Source: Gammaproteobacteria bacterium (GTDB lineage Bacteria > Pseudomonadota > Gammaproteobacteria > Nevskiales > Nevskiaceae). Taken from it: a stretch of DNA of 33,834 nt. Shown here piece by piece: positions 1 through 9,026 of the stretch (its first letter is position 1; each line of letters begins with the position of its first letter). A program made the translations under genes and the position numbers. The notes beneath the pieces were generated by a model. The model was not told the origin of the DNA. It did not search any database and saw only the letters and a list, made by a program, of their open reading frames with translations. The stretch is taken from assembly GCA_043767605.1 (NCBI GenBank), contig JAYUGN010000152.1:1-33834 (forward strand), given 5' to 3'.

Positions 1-78
1 GCGGAAGCCAGCGAGTTCTACCGGCGCGGGCTGGAGTTCGTGCAGCGACAACGGTCAACTAACCATTTGCCGAACTGA
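1..78 (+). CDS. 3' end of an unidentified upstream CDS (partial)
   Basis: Frame +1 is open from the window edge (AEASEFYRRGLEFVQRQRSTNHLPN) to TGA at 76-78. Too short to identify. Confidence 0.25.
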   Translation, partial: AEASEFYRRGLEFVQRQRSTNHLPN

Positions 79-84
79 ACGAAA

Positions 85-1614
85 GTGCTACCAAGACAAA
101 AAACGAGCATCGGTCTCGCGTTTGTTGCAGCGATCGTTACCGTAGCCGCTCTATCAAGCTGTACCGCCGAGCGATTAGCACGCGCGCTGATCCCGGGCGA
201 TCACGCAAGCGCGCTGGATAGAAAGGCGCCGTACCTCCTCGCACACATGCGCAACGGCGACGCTTACGTCCTGACGCAGTGGAAGGTCGACGATTCGAAG
301 CGTGTTGTAACGGGCACGGGCGAGCTCCAGGGTCCCGATCGAGCTGTCCGTCAGACGGGCGCCTTCACGATTCCGGTCAAATCGGTTGCGCTGTTCGAAA
401 CCAATGTCGCTTCGCGCTCGAACAGCGCCACTGCACTAACTATCATGACCGGCGTGTCCCTCGGCGTGAGTGGCGTCTGCCTCGCCGACGAGAAAGCCTG
501 CTTTGGCTCCTGCCCAACGTTTTATGTGTCCGATGGCAGCTCTTCGATACTTCAAGCAGAAGGTTTCTCAGCGAGCGTTCTGCCCTCGCTAGAGGCTCGG
601 GACGTGGATGCGTTGTATCGCGCGCATCCCACGCAGCGAGACTTTGCAGTGACCATGAAGAACGAGGCGCTGGAGACGCACATTACCCGCTATGTGCACG
701 TGCTTGCCGCGCGTCGACCGGGAGGAGGACGCGTTGTCGCAGGCCAGGACGGCACGCTTTGGGGAGCCAGCAACGTTACCGAACCTGCGTCATGCCGAGC
801 TGCCGAGGGGGATTGCCTGGGCGCGATCCGGCATTTCGATGGAAAAGAGCGATGGAGCGAAGCGGACAAAGCTGACTTGGCAACAAAAGAAACCATTGAT
901 CTTGATTTCGTGGCCTCACCCGATGGGCCACTGGGGATCGTGATCAGCTCGCGGCAATCGTTGCTGAGTACGTTTCTTTTCTATCAGGGATTGGCATATC
1001 TAGGTCGCAGCGCTGGCGCCGCGATGGCAGAGGCGGAGCGTGACGGCAACGCACGTGATGCCCTACAGGGTCTCGCGCGAGCAATGGGAGGCATCGAAGT
1101 GATGGTGCCGGATGGCGCGGGCTGGCGAGTTGCAGGCGAAACCAACGAGAACGGACCGCTGGCGTCAGATGTAAAGGTCGTGCCACTGCCGGCGATGCGC
1201 CATGGCGATACGCGGGTACGCCTGCGACTCGCAAAAGGTCATTGGCGAATCGATTACATCGCCATGACGAAGCTGGAAGGACCGGTTCAGCCGCTCCCAC
1301 TGGAACCGCTCTCGGTAACAGGAAGGGATGGCAAGGTGGCGCAGGGCGTCGACATTGTCACCCTTCCCGGAGATGAGCTTACGTTCAGCTATCGCCTTCC
1401 AGCTCATCCTGAGAATTACGAACTCTTTTTGGACACGCGCGGCTATTACCTTGAATGGATGCGTGATGAGTGGCTGCCGGATGAAGACCCCGTAAAGGCG
1501 GCGCGGCTGATCCTGGATCCCGAGCAGGCGCTGCGGGATTTGGCGCCGGTCTATAAGCGTCGTGAACCTTCGATGGAGAAGGCTTTCTGGAACAGTCGCT
1601 ATGTCCCGCGCTGA
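85..1614 (+). CDS. hypothetical lipoprotein (no recognised family)
   Basis: 509-codon ORF with a GTG start. N-terminal signal plus lipobox (AALSSC). Normal amino-acid composition, unlike the Arg/Ala-rich shadow ORFs. Lies in the lower-GC segment. Confidence 0.6.
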   Translation: MLPRQKTSIGLAFVAAIVTVAALSSCTAERLARALIPGDHASALDRKAPYLLAHMRNGDAYVLTQWKVDDSKRVVTGTGELQGPDRAVRQTGAFTIPVKSVALFETNVASRSNSATALTIMTGVSLGVSGVCLADEKACFGSCPTFYVSDGSSSILQAEGFSASVLPSLEARDVDALYRAHPTQRDFAVTMKNEALETHITRYVHVLAARRPGGGRVVAGQDGTLWGASNVTEPASCRAAEGDCLGAIRHFDGKERWSEADKADLATKETIDLDFVASPDGPLGIVISSRQSLLSTFLFYQGLAYLGRSAGAAMAEAERDGNARDALQGLARAMGGIEVMVPDGAGWRVAGETNENGPLASDVKVVPLPAMRHGDTRVRLRLAKGHWRIDYIAMTKLEGPVQPLPLEPLSVTGRDGKVAQGVDIVTLPGDELTFSYRLPAHPENYELFLDTRGYYLEWMRDEWLPDEDPVKAARLILDPEQALRDLAPVYKRREPSMEKAFWNSRYVPR

Positions 1615-2443
1615 CTTCAGGCTTGGAGTGGCGCTTGCGACACAGCTCACTTTGGCGGGATGCGTCACAGATCCCTCTCCAGATGGCTGGTTGCCGACCG
1701 CGCGCGAAGGTTTGAACTCGACGGAGGGTGGATGGGTTGCGGTCGACTGCAAGAGCGGGCAGCGGTGTGCGGAAGGCGAACTGATTGCGGCCAAGGACCA
1801 GAGTCTTGAAGTCCTCACTCAAGGCGGGTTGGTTGAGGTCCAGCGCGTGGACATCGAGGAAGCTACGTTGGCCGCCTACCATTCCCAGCATGGACAGTTG
1901 ACCCTCTGGATGAGCTTGGGAACTCTCTCGACAGTTACCCACGGCTGGTTTGCGGTTATCACAGCGCCGCTCTGGCTCATCACCGGCACTACGGCGAAGG
2001 AATACGAGCGGCGCGCCGCTTTGCGGTATTACCCAGATGTATCACTTGCCGAGTTCGTTACGTTTGCTCGTTTTCCACAGGGGCGGCCGTTAAATGTCAC
2101 GCCCAAATCGCTGGGGGCGTTGAGAACCAGGACGGCGGAAGAAGCCCTATCAGCGCACACCGCCTCGACTGCTCTACCTACGCTGCCTTCAGCCGCCGAG
2201 ACAGCGCCAGCTGCGCCGCACGTGCTGCCATCCCTGACTGTTGGCGGTACCGTAAAGGTGCGCGCGGGTGGGATGTTGAGATCCCGACCGAAGTTGAGCG
2301 CTTCTTCTCAGCCTGTGAGCGAAATGACGCCCCTGGAGCTCAAAGCGGCGATCAAAAATTCCGACGGGCAGTGGTGGTACGTCGCGACCGGAACGCAGCG
2401 GGCATGGGTGCTCGAATCCGATTTGGAACTAGTTGATCAGTAG
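1601..2443 (+). CDS. hypothetical lipoprotein with C-terminal SH3b-like domain
   Basis: Internal ATG at 1601 gives MSRADFRLGVALATQLTLAGC (lipobox LAGC). It overlaps the upstream gene by 14 nt. The C-terminal ~65 aa (GGTVKVRAGGMLRSRP...GQWWYVATGTQRAWVLESDLELV) resemble a bacterial SH3 domain. Confidence 0.55.
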   Translation: MSRADFRLGVALATQLTLAGCVTDPSPDGWLPTAREGLNSTEGGWVAVDCKSGQRCAEGELIAAKDQSLEVLTQGGLVEVQRVDIEEATLAAYHSQHGQLTLWMSLGTLSTVTHGWFAVITAPLWLITGTTAKEYERRAALRYYPDVSLAEFVTFARFPQGRPLNVTPKSLGALRTRTAEEALSAHTASTALPTLPSAAETAPAAPHVLPSLTVGGTVKVRAGGMLRSRPKLSASSQPVSEMTPLELKAAIKNSDGQWWYVATGTQRAWVLESDLELVDQ

Positions 2444-2496
2444 GTCGCATAACGTGGCCGCAGGACACAGCGGGATTCTCCCGGCGCCCCGTCCTT

Positions 2497-2558
2497 TTCT
2501 CACCTATTTTGGCGCCGGTTCTCATTCAATCTGGCGCGCTTCTCACGTATTTTGTCGC
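2497..2558. repeat. three direct repeats of a 19-nt motif at 21-22 bp spacing
   Basis: TTCTCACCTATTTTGGCGC (2497-2515), TTCTCATTCAATCTGGCGC (2519-2537), TTCTCACGTATTTTGTCGC (2540-2558). Copies 1 and 3 match at 17/19, copy 2 at 14/19. AT-rich, in a convergent intergenic gap. Confidence 0.55.
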
Positions 2559-2577
2559 TCTACGATTCGCGCCGCGC

Positions 2578-3600
2578 TCAACCCAGCGCCGGCCAGGTCT
2601 CGAAGGCGTAGTCGAAGGAATCGTAATAAAGGTGGTCGGCGTCGAGGCCGGCCGCGACGAAAGCTTTCTTGCCCGCGTGCACCATGACGGGTGGCCCGGC
2701 CATGTAGACCTCGTGGCCCGAGAGATCGGGCTGCGCGCGCAGCACGGCTTCATGCACGAAGCCGGTTTCGCCGCTCCAGCCGGCTTCGTGCTCCGACAGC
2801 ACCGGCGTGTAGCGAAAGCCCGCGTGCTGCTGCGCCCACGAGCTCGCGAGTTCGTGCAGGTAGAGATCGCCCGAGGTGCGCGCGCCCCAGAACAGGTGAA
2901 ACGGCCGTTTCAGTCCCCGCGCGAGCTGGCGCTCGAGCATGGCCTTGATCGGCGAGAAGCCCGTGCCACCGGCCATCATGATCACCGACCGGGCGGAATC
3001 CTCGCGCACGTAGAACGCGCCGAACGGGCCCTCGAAACGCAGGATCGCGCGCTCGGGCATGTCGTCCTGCACGTAGTGCGTGAAGAAGCCCCCCGGCGTC
3101 ACGCGCAGGTGGAACCCCAGCGTGCCGTCAGCCGGCTGCGCGTTGGCGATGGAAAAACTGCGGCGGCGGCCGTCGGCGAGCAGGAAATCCACGTACTGGC
3201 CCGGCACCCAGCGGAACGCCTCGCCGCGCGGGAGGGTCACGCGCAACTCGATCACGTCGTGCGACAGCGGCCGGTGGCCGGCAACACGCACCGGCAGCGT
3301 GCGCGGGCGCAGCATCTCCAGCGACTCGGGCTGGTGCAGGTCGAGCGTGAGGTCGCTGTGTGCGTGCGCGAGGCACATCAGCACGTAGCCGGCGCTGGTT
3401 TCCGCTTCCGACAGCGCGCGCGGTGGCGCGGCATGCTCAACCTTGCCCTCGACGAGACGCACGCGGCACGAACCGCAGGCGCCGTTGCGGCAGCCGAACG
3501 GCAGCGCGTATCCCTGGCGCAGGCCGGCGTTGAGCACGGTCTCGGCGGTCTCGGCGTCGAAACACCGGCCCGAGCGCTGTAGCTGCACTTTGAAAGACAT
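2578..3600 (-). CDS. 2Fe-2S ferredoxin / FAD / NAD(P)-binding oxidoreductase (CDP-6-deoxy-3,4-glucoseen reductase-like, Fre/FNR family)
   Basis: Start taken at MSFKVQL (3600). Plant-type 2Fe-2S motif [11 protein letters not shown]...C, FAD motif [11 protein letters not shown] motif [11 protein letters not shown]. Confidence 0.85.
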   Translation of the reverse strand: MSFKVQLQRSGRCFDAETAETVLNAGLRQGYALPFGCRNGACGSCRVRLVEGKVEHAAPPRALSEAETSAGYVLMCLAHAHSDLTLDLHQPESLEMLRPRTLPVRVAGHRPLSHDVIELRVTLPRGEAFRWVPGQYVDFLLADGRRRSFSIANAQPADGTLGFHLRVTPGGFFTHYVQDDMPERAILRFEGPFGAFYVREDSARSVIMMAGGTGFSPIKAMLERQLARGLKRPFHLFWGARTSGDLYLHELASSWAQQHAGFRYTPVLSEHEAGWSGETGFVHEAVLRAQPDLSGHEVYMAGPPVMVHAGKKAFVAAGLDADHLYYDSFDYAFETWPALG

Positions 3601-3641
3601 GGGGGCTAGAATCTCATGACACAACTACAGGGGCAGGACGC

Positions 3642-4043
3642 ATGAGCGTACTCGATGAATTCAAGGCATTCGCCGTCAAGGGCAACGTGGTGGACATGGC
3701 CGTCGGCATCATCATCGGCGCCGCGTTCGGCAAGATCGTGAGCTCTGCGGTCGGCGACGTGGTGATGCCGCCGCTGGGCATGCTGGTCGGCGGCATGGAC
3801 TTCTCGGACCTCGCGATCACGCTGAAAGACGCCGCGGGCACCGCCCCGGCCGTCGTGCTCGGCTACGGCAAGTTCCTCCAGTCGCTGCTGGATTTCGCCA
3901 TCGTGGCGTTCGCGATCTTCATGCTGATCAAGGGCATCGAGCGCCTGAAGCGCAAGGAGGCCGCGGCGCCTTCGCTGCCGCCGGTGCCGACGAAGGAAGA
4001 GCTGTTGCTCACCGAGATCCGCGACCTGCTCGCGAAGAAGTAG
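3642..4043 (+). CDS. mscL: large-conductance mechanosensitive channel MscL
   Basis: 133 aa. [29 protein letters not shown]...VMPPLG is the canonical MscL N-terminus/TM1. Size and second TM fit. Confidence 0.95.
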   Translation: MSVLDEFKAFAVKGNVVDMAVGIIIGAAFGKIVSSAVGDVVMPPLGMLVGGMDFSDLAITLKDAAGTAPAVVLGYGKFLQSLLDFAIVAFAIFMLIKGIERLKRKEAAAPSLPPVPTKEELLLTEIRDLLAKK

Positions 4044-4050
4044 GTTGTCC

Positions 4051-4566
4051 ATGCGAGGCCGCGCACATCAGCTGCTGTTGTGCGCGGCCTTGCTGTTTGC
4101 GGGCTGCGCGGGAACCCCTGCGGCGCCAGAGTCCGCGGCCGCGGGTTCGCAGCCCGCGGATCTCGGCGAGCAGCGCAACCCGCTGGCGGTGGAAGCTGAC
4201 CGATTGCTCGAGGCCGATCGCGCGTTCGCCGCGCGCGTGCTCGAGAAAGGCGCGCCGGAGGCCTTCCACGATTACTTCGACAGCCAGGGCGTGCGGCTGA
4301 CCTTCGATGGCGAGCCGCCGCTCGGGCCCGATGTCGTGGCGCAAAGCCTCGAGAACGCGCCGCTGCTGCTGAGCTGGGATCCGCGCTACGCGGAAGTTTT
4401 CGCACCCGGCGGCTGGGGCGTGACCTGGGGCGACTGGCAGGCTTACGAGACGGGCGCGGGCGGCAAGCGCCTCGGCCAGGGCCGCTACCTCAATGTCTGG
4501 AAAAAACAGCGCGACGGCAGCTGGAAGGTGCACATGAACCTGACGCCGGCGCAGGCGGCACCGTAA
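4051..4566 (+). CDS. small lipoprotein, SnoaL/DUF4440-like (NTF2 fold) by motif
   Basis: MRGRAHQLLLCAALLFAGC signal plus lipobox. C-terminal YLNVWKKQRDGSWKVHMN is typical of DUF4440/ketosteroid-isomerase-like proteins. The ATG at 4051 is preferred over the TTG at 4045. Confidence 0.6.
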   Translation: MRGRAHQLLLCAALLFAGCAGTPAAPESAAAGSQPADLGEQRNPLAVEADRLLEADRAFAARVLEKGAPEAFHDYFDSQGVRLTFDGEPPLGPDVVAQSLENAPLLLSWDPRYAEVFAPGGWGVTWGDWQAYETGAGGKRLGQGRYLNVWKKQRDGSWKVHMNLTPAQAAP

Positions 4567-5630
4567 TCCTGGGCGTAGCGCCGTAGGCTGGGCTGACTCC
4601 CGCGAAAGCGGGGGGAAGCCCAGCATCCGAGGAGCAGCGCCAGCAACACGCCCGGCGACAGCGACCCCGCGCTCGTACCGTCGCGCGCTTGCCGCATCTC
4701 GGCGTCCTCGATGAACTTCCGGTACTCCGCCACGATCGGCGCATCGATCCGCAAATCGTTGTGGTACGTGCCCGGAAACTGGCGGTTGTCGGCGCCCTTC
4801 AGCAGCGGGCTCTGCGCGTAAGTCGGGCCTTCGAAAGCCGGATCGCCGGCGCCGGTGCCGTCGTACACCGTCAGCCACTGCGCCGGGCCATAGCTTTCGT
4901 CGTCGCCGTTGGGGCCATTGAGCTCGGCCAGCCAGGGCGTACCGGCCGCGATCTCGTCGCAGGAATTGAGCTGGCCCTGCGAGCCCTCGGGACAGAAGCT
5001 CGTGCCATGGTTGGCGCCCGCGATCGCGACGAAGGCGACGAGGTCGCGCCGCAATTCCGGGTGCACCTTGAGCAGCTTGCGTCCGAGCGTGACGCCCAGC
5101 GAGTGCGCGGCGATCGAGAATTTCTCAGAGCCGGTGTAGGCGCGCACGGTCATGACGAAGTCGTAGAGATCCGGAACGTTCACGTCGTTGCTCGTCACCA
5201 CGGCATTGCAGCCCGCCGCGCCGCAGACTTCCGTGTGCTCGGCGTCCCGCTCGGGATTGGTGCGCATCGTCGCGGAGCCGTTGGAACCGCCCGCGCCGTT
5301 GTACGCCAGGCCCCAAAGTTCCTGGTTGGTCCAGCCCGCGGCCTTGAAGTCGTCGCGCACCGGGTACCAGTCGGCGTGGTCCACGTCGTTGCCGTGGACC
5401 ATGATCAGCGGCACGTGTCGCCGCGCCGCGCCACGCTCGATGCCGCCGAAACCGCCGATCTCGTAGTCGGGCCACTGGTGGTCGACGAGGTGCGGAAAGT
5501 CGGCCGCAAAAACACGCTTGGCCGCGGCCTGCGGCTTGTCGGGGATCGCCTGCGCCGCGAGCGCGCCGCTCGTGGCGAGCAGCAGTGACAGGGCGAGCGC
5601 GCTATTCCACGTAGTCCAGGTTCTTGCCAT
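4485..5630 (-). CDS. secreted alpha/beta-hydrolase lipase/esterase (lipase class 2 / PhaZ7-like by motif); 3' end uncertain
   Basis: Sec signal MARTWTTWNSALALSLLLATSGALAAQA, then PLIMVHGN and the nucleophile elbow AHSLG. Clear paralog of 7550-9016 (PWLAELNG / PWLAQLN, YDGTGAGD / YDGTGWGD). The last ~47 codons read through the REP element and overlap the convergent gene. Confidence 0.75.
   Translation of the reverse strand: MARTWTTWNSALALSLLLATSGALAAQAIPDKPQAAAKRVFAADFPHLVDHQWPDYEIGGFGGIERGAARRHVPLIMVHGNDVDHADWYPVRDDFKAAGWTNQELWGLAYNGAGGSNGSATMRTNPERDAEHTEVCGAAGCNAVVTSNDVNVPDLYDFVMTVRAYTGSEKFSIAAHSLGVTLGRKLLKVHPELRRDLVAFVAIAGANHGTSFCPEGSQGQLNSCDEIAAGTPWLAELNGPNGDDESYGPAQWLTVYDGTGAGDPAFEGPTYAQSPLLKGADNRQFPGTYHNDLRIDAPIVAEYRKFIEDAEMRQARDGTSAGSLSPGVLLALLLGCWASPRFRGSQPSLRRYAQDYGAACAGVRFMCTFQLPSRCFFQTLR
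4586..4628. repeat. REP-like nested palindromic element, copy 1
   Basis: GGCTGGGCTGACTCCCGCGAAAGCGGGGGGAAGCCCAGCATCC. Outer stem GCTGGGCT/AGCCCAGC, inner stem CCCGC-GAAA-GCGGG. Near-identical to 22263-22304. Lies just after the stop of the 4051-4566 gene and inside the 3' tail of the lipase ORF. Confidence 0.65.
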
Positions 5631-6810
5631 AGGTTTCCTGCAGTGCAGTGAGGCCGAGGAAGGCCAGCCCGAACACGACCAGCCCGATCAGCAGGGTGCC
5701 GGGAATCAGACCGGTCGCGGGCCAGATCGCGGTCAGCGTGAGCGTGACCGGCACGATCGTGGCGCGCACGAAATTCGGCACCGAAGTGGCGACGGTCGCG
5801 CGGATGTCGGTGCCGAACTGCTCGGCAGCGGTGGTCACGAACACGGTCCAGTACCCCTGCGCGAGGCCGATCGCGAACATCAGCGCGCAATAGGTGCTGA
5901 CACTGGCGCCTTCCCGTGTCAGCAGCGCGGCCAGCAAGATCATCAGCAGGACGAGGCAGGCCTGGATCACGCGCTTGCGTGTGCCCAGCCATTCGCTGGC
6001 CAGGCCGGTGAGTGCACTGCCGAGCGCAAGGCCCAGCGCCTGCCACCGCAGTGCCTGCGCCACCGTCAGCGGCTCGGTGAGCGCGAGCGCCTTGCCGTAT
6101 TCCGGCGCGAGGTTCACGAACAGCGCGGAGACATACCAGATCGGCACGCCGACGGCGATCACGGCAAAAAACTTCCGCAGTCGCGGCGCGGACCGCAACA
6201 ACAGGGTGATGTCGCCGGCGTGCGCCCCGGCAGCCTTGCGGACGCTATAGAGATCCGATTCGCGCAGGCCGTACCAGCGCCCGGCCATCACGGCCAGGCC
6301 CATGACGCCGCCGACGATGTAGGCGGTGCGCCACTCGAACATCACGCCAACGTACGAGGCGGTGAGTGCGCCGACCAGCCCGAGGAACGAAATGACCGTA
6401 GTGCCGTAACCGCGGAATTTCGCCGGCATCAGCTCGGCGACCAGCGTCACGCCCATGCCCAGCTCGCCGGCCAGGCCCACGCCGGCTATGAAGCGCAGCA
6501 CGGCGTACTGCTGCGGGCTGTCGATGAAGCCGTTGGCGATGTTGGCCAGCGAGTACAGGCCGATGGTCGAGAGCAGCGCCACGCGGCGGCCGAGCTTGTC
6601 GCCGACGATGCCCCACAGCACGCCGCCCACGAGCATGCCGATCATCTGCAGGTTCAGCAGCGCGATGCCCCAGGACGTGTTGTCCGCGCCGGTGAGGCCG
6701 AGCTCTGTCAGGCTCTTCACGCGCACGACGCCGAACAGCACGATGTCGTACAGGTCGACGAAATAGCCCAGCGCCGCGAAGCCGACGGAAAACGCGACCG
6801 TTCTTTTCAT
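5602..6810 (-). CDS. MFS transporter
   Basis: Start at MKRTVAF (6810), overlapping the phaB-like stop as ATGA. About 12 hydrophobic segments. MFS signature GDKLGRRVALL between TM2 and TM3. Confidence 0.85.
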   Translation of the reverse strand: MKRTVAFSVGFAALGYFVDLYDIVLFGVVRVKSLTELGLTGADNTSWGIALLNLQMIGMLVGGVLWGIVGDKLGRRVALLSTIGLYSLANIANGFIDSPQQYAVLRFIAGVGLAGELGMGVTLVAELMPAKFRGYGTTVISFLGLVGALTASYVGVMFEWRTAYIVGGVMGLAVMAGRWYGLRESDLYSVRKAAGAHAGDITLLLRSAPRLRKFFAVIAVGVPIWYVSALFVNLAPEYGKALALTEPLTVAQALRWQALGLALGSALTGLASEWLGTRKRVIQACLVLLMILLAALLTREGASVSTYCALMFAIGLAQGYWTVFVTTAAEQFGTDIRATVATSVPNFVRATIVPVTLTLTAIWPATGLIPGTLLIGLVVFGLAFLGLTALQETYGKNLDYVE

Positions 6811-7547
6811 GACATGTACAAGCCGCCATTCACGGCCAGGTTGGCGCCGGTGATGTAGCCCGACTCGTCGCTGCACAGGAACGCGACCACGCGCGCGATT
6901 TCACCGGGCTGTGCCATGCGGCCCAGCGGCACGCTCGCGACGACCTTCGCCAGCACCTCCGGCTTGATCGCCGCGGTCATCGGCGTCTCGACGTAGCCCG
7001 GCGAGACTGTGTTGACGGTCACGCCTTTCGCGGCGCCTTCCTGCGCCACCGCCATGGTGAAGCCGTGCATGCCGGCCTTGGCCGCGGAGTAGTTGGCCTG
7101 GCCGAACTGGCCTCTCTGGCCGTTCACCGAGGAGATGTTGACGATGCGGCCGAAGCCGCGCGCGCACATGCCCTCGAACACCGGCTGGGTGGCGTTGAAC
7201 ACGCTGTCGAGGTTGGAGCTGATGACCTCGCGCCACTGCTGCGGGTGCATCTTCGAAAGGCGCGCATCGCGCGTGATGCCGGCGGCGTTGACGAGGATGT
7301 CGACCGGCCCGAGCTGGCGCTCGATGGAAGCGATCGCGGCGGCGGCGGCGTCGAAGTTGCCGAGATCGCACAGTTCCACCACGACCGGGCAGCCGAGCGC
7401 GGCCTGCCAGGCGCCGATGCGCGTGGTTTCGGAAGGGTGGCCCAATGCACCGATGCGGCAGCCCGCCTTGGCAAGCGCGCGGCAGATCTCGGTGCCGATG
7501 GCGCCGGTGCCGCCGGTGACCAGCGCGATGCGCGCAGGAGGTTTCAT
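6807..7547 (-). CDS. phaB: acetoacetyl-CoA reductase-like SDR (PhaB/PhbB type)
   Basis: 246 aa. TGGTGAIG cofactor motif, and NISSVNGQRGQFGQANYSAAKAGMHGFT is the PhaB-type active-site block. No phaA or phaC nearby. Confidence 0.8.
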   Translation of the reverse strand: MKPPARIALVTGGTGAIGTEICRALAKAGCRIGALGHPSETTRIGAWQAALGCPVVVELCDLGNFDAAAAAIASIERQLGPVDILVNAAGITRDARLSKMHPQQWREVISSNLDSVFNATQPVFEGMCARGFGRIVNISSVNGQRGQFGQANYSAAKAGMHGFTMAVAQEGAAKGVTVNTVSPGYVETPMTAAIKPEVLAKVVASVPLGRMAQPGEIARVVAFLCSDESGYITGANLAVNGGLYMS

Positions 7548-7549
7548 GT

Positions 7550-9016
7550 TCAGCGGCCCAGCTTGCGTTCGCCGGCGTAGCGGTCTGGCACGGACGAATC
7601 GAACTGGCGCTCGAGCGTGTGCGCGCTCTCGGCTTTCTCGAGGCTGATGTCGTAGACGAGCTTCGCGGGCGCGCTGACGCGGCCATCGGGCGAGTAGGCC
7701 ACGGCCGTGACCGTGAGCGGCCCCGGCACGTAGACCGGCTCGCCATACAGGGGCGAGCCGCTGTCCGGCACGTTGCCCGTCGTCGTGTAGACGATGAAGG
7801 CATTGGGATCGCTGGCCCTCAGCTTGACCGACACCGGCTGCTCGTAAACGCCGCCGCGCGGCGAGGCGAAAAGGTGCAGCGTCTCGTCCTGGGCGGGCAC
7901 CTTCATCATGTAGCGCGACATCGGGCTCGACAGCTCGGTCGTCGGATCGTGCGCGTAGCAGGTATACAGCGCCAGCTCGCCGAGCTGCACCTGTTCGCGG
8001 CTGGGCGTGGTGCGGTCGGGGTAGCGGCCGCCGGTGGCGCAGTGCACGCGCGCGCTGGCCGGGTCGGCGCGCAGGCTGTCGCCCTCGCGCACCAGCGTCG
8101 GCGGCGTCGCCTCGGGCAGGGGCTCGGGCGACTTCTTGAAGAACTCGAGCATGGCGTCCAGCGTGCCGGGCTGGCGCGGCAGCTGCAGGTGGTCGAAGGA
8201 CGTGCCGTGCTCGACGTTGTACGCGAGGTTGTACGCGCCCTTCAGCGCGCTGTCGTTTTCGTGCGGCGGCGGGAACAGCACATCGCCCCAGCCGGTGCCG
8301 TCATACAGCGTCATGTAGCGCGTCGGTCCCGGCGTCTCGCCGTGGCGGTTGAGCTGCGCGAGCCACGGGCTGCCGGGCGCGAGCTCGAACGACACGACCC
8401 GGTTCTGTCCGCGTGCATCGGGCCAGGCGGTCCACACGCCCTGGTTGGCGCCGCAGGCGCCGACGAAGTTGCGCACCTTGTGCCAGTTGTTGGTCTGCTG
8501 CATCCACTGCCGCACCAGCGTGACGCCAAGCGAATGGCCGACGATGTCCACCTGTTGCACGGGGCGGCCGGTCTTCTTCGACAGGTAATCCATCACGCTG
8601 GTGACGATGCGATCCACGCTCGGCACCGACAGGTCGTCGCTGTCGAAATAGCGCACGTTGTCCCAGCCGTAACCCAGCGCCCAGACCTCGTCGTCGCTGT
8701 AGCCCGCCGCCTTCAGGTGTTCCCGTGCTGGCAGCCAGAAACGCGCCGAGACGGTGTTGCCGTGGATGAAGATCACCGGCGTGCGGTGCACGCCGCCGCC
8801 GTTGCCACCGAAGCCGACCATGCGCTGGTTGGTTTCATTCGAGATCGGCGGCGTGAAGTCGGCGGGAAAATCGCGCAGCGCCGGCGGGTCGATGCCGACT
8901 TTCGGCAGCAGCCATTCGCGGGGCGCGCAAGCGCTCGCGCCGAGGATGAGCGCCGCCATCCCCGCCCAGGCCGCGATCCCCGCGAAAGCGGGGACCCAGT
9001 TCTTGTTCGTCTTCAT
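7550..9016 (-). CDS. secreted lipase/esterase with C-terminal chitobiase/hexosaminidase-C-like (CHB_HEX_C) domain
   Basis: Signal peptide ending ILGASAC (possibly a lipoprotein). PVIFIHGN, GHSLG nucleophile elbow. C-terminal FASPRGGVYEQPVSVKLRASDPNAFIVYTTTGNVPDSGSPLYGEPVYV matches the CHB_HEX_C pattern as I recall it. Confidence 0.8.
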   Translation of the reverse strand: MKTNKNWVPAFAGIAAWAGMAALILGASACAPREWLLPKVGIDPPALRDFPADFTPPISNETNQRMVGFGGNGGGVHRTPVIFIHGNTVSARFWLPAREHLKAAGYSDDEVWALGYGWDNVRYFDSDDLSVPSVDRIVTSVMDYLSKKTGRPVQQVDIVGHSLGVTLVRQWMQQTNNWHKVRNFVGACGANQGVWTAWPDARGQNRVVSFELAPGSPWLAQLNRHGETPGPTRYMTLYDGTGWGDVLFPPPHENDSALKGAYNLAYNVEHGTSFDHLQLPRQPGTLDAMLEFFKKSPEPLPEATPPTLVREGDSLRADPASARVHCATGGRYPDRTTPSREQVQLGELALYTCYAHDPTTELSSPMSRYMMKVPAQDETLHLFASPRGGVYEQPVSVKLRASDPNAFIVYTTTGNVPDSGSPLYGEPVYVPGPLTVTAVAYSPDGRVSAPAKLVYDISLEKAESAHTLERQFDSSVPDRYAGERKLGR

Positions 9017-9026
9017 CGCATCCCCC

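Noticed and set aside
2497-2558. Triple direct repeat considered as a mini-CRISPR array.
   Set aside because: There are only three degenerate 19-nt copies at a 21-22 bp period, leaving 2-3 nt between copies and so no spacers. No cas genes are present.
3601-3641. TAGAAT at 3607-3612 as the mscL -10 box.
   Set aside because: No acceptable -35 lies at 16-19 nt spacing; TTGAAA is only 11 nt away. Left uncalled.
6807-7547. Reading the PhaB-like reductase as evidence for a PHB synthesis (phaCAB) locus.
   Set aside because: No PhaA thiolase, PhaC synthase, phasin or PhaR is in the window. The context is hydrolases and transporters, so a catabolic or other role is at least as likely.
8978-8995. Hairpin TCCCCGCGAAAGCGGGGA inside the signal-peptide coding region of the 7550-9016 lipase, as a third REP copy.
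   Set aside because: Only the inner CCCGCGAAAGCGGG core is shared. The outer GCTGGGCT/AGCCCAGC arms are absent, and the sequence sits in a plausible signal peptide (VPAFAGIAAWAG). It could be a decayed relic or chance, and I cannot distinguish the two by eye.
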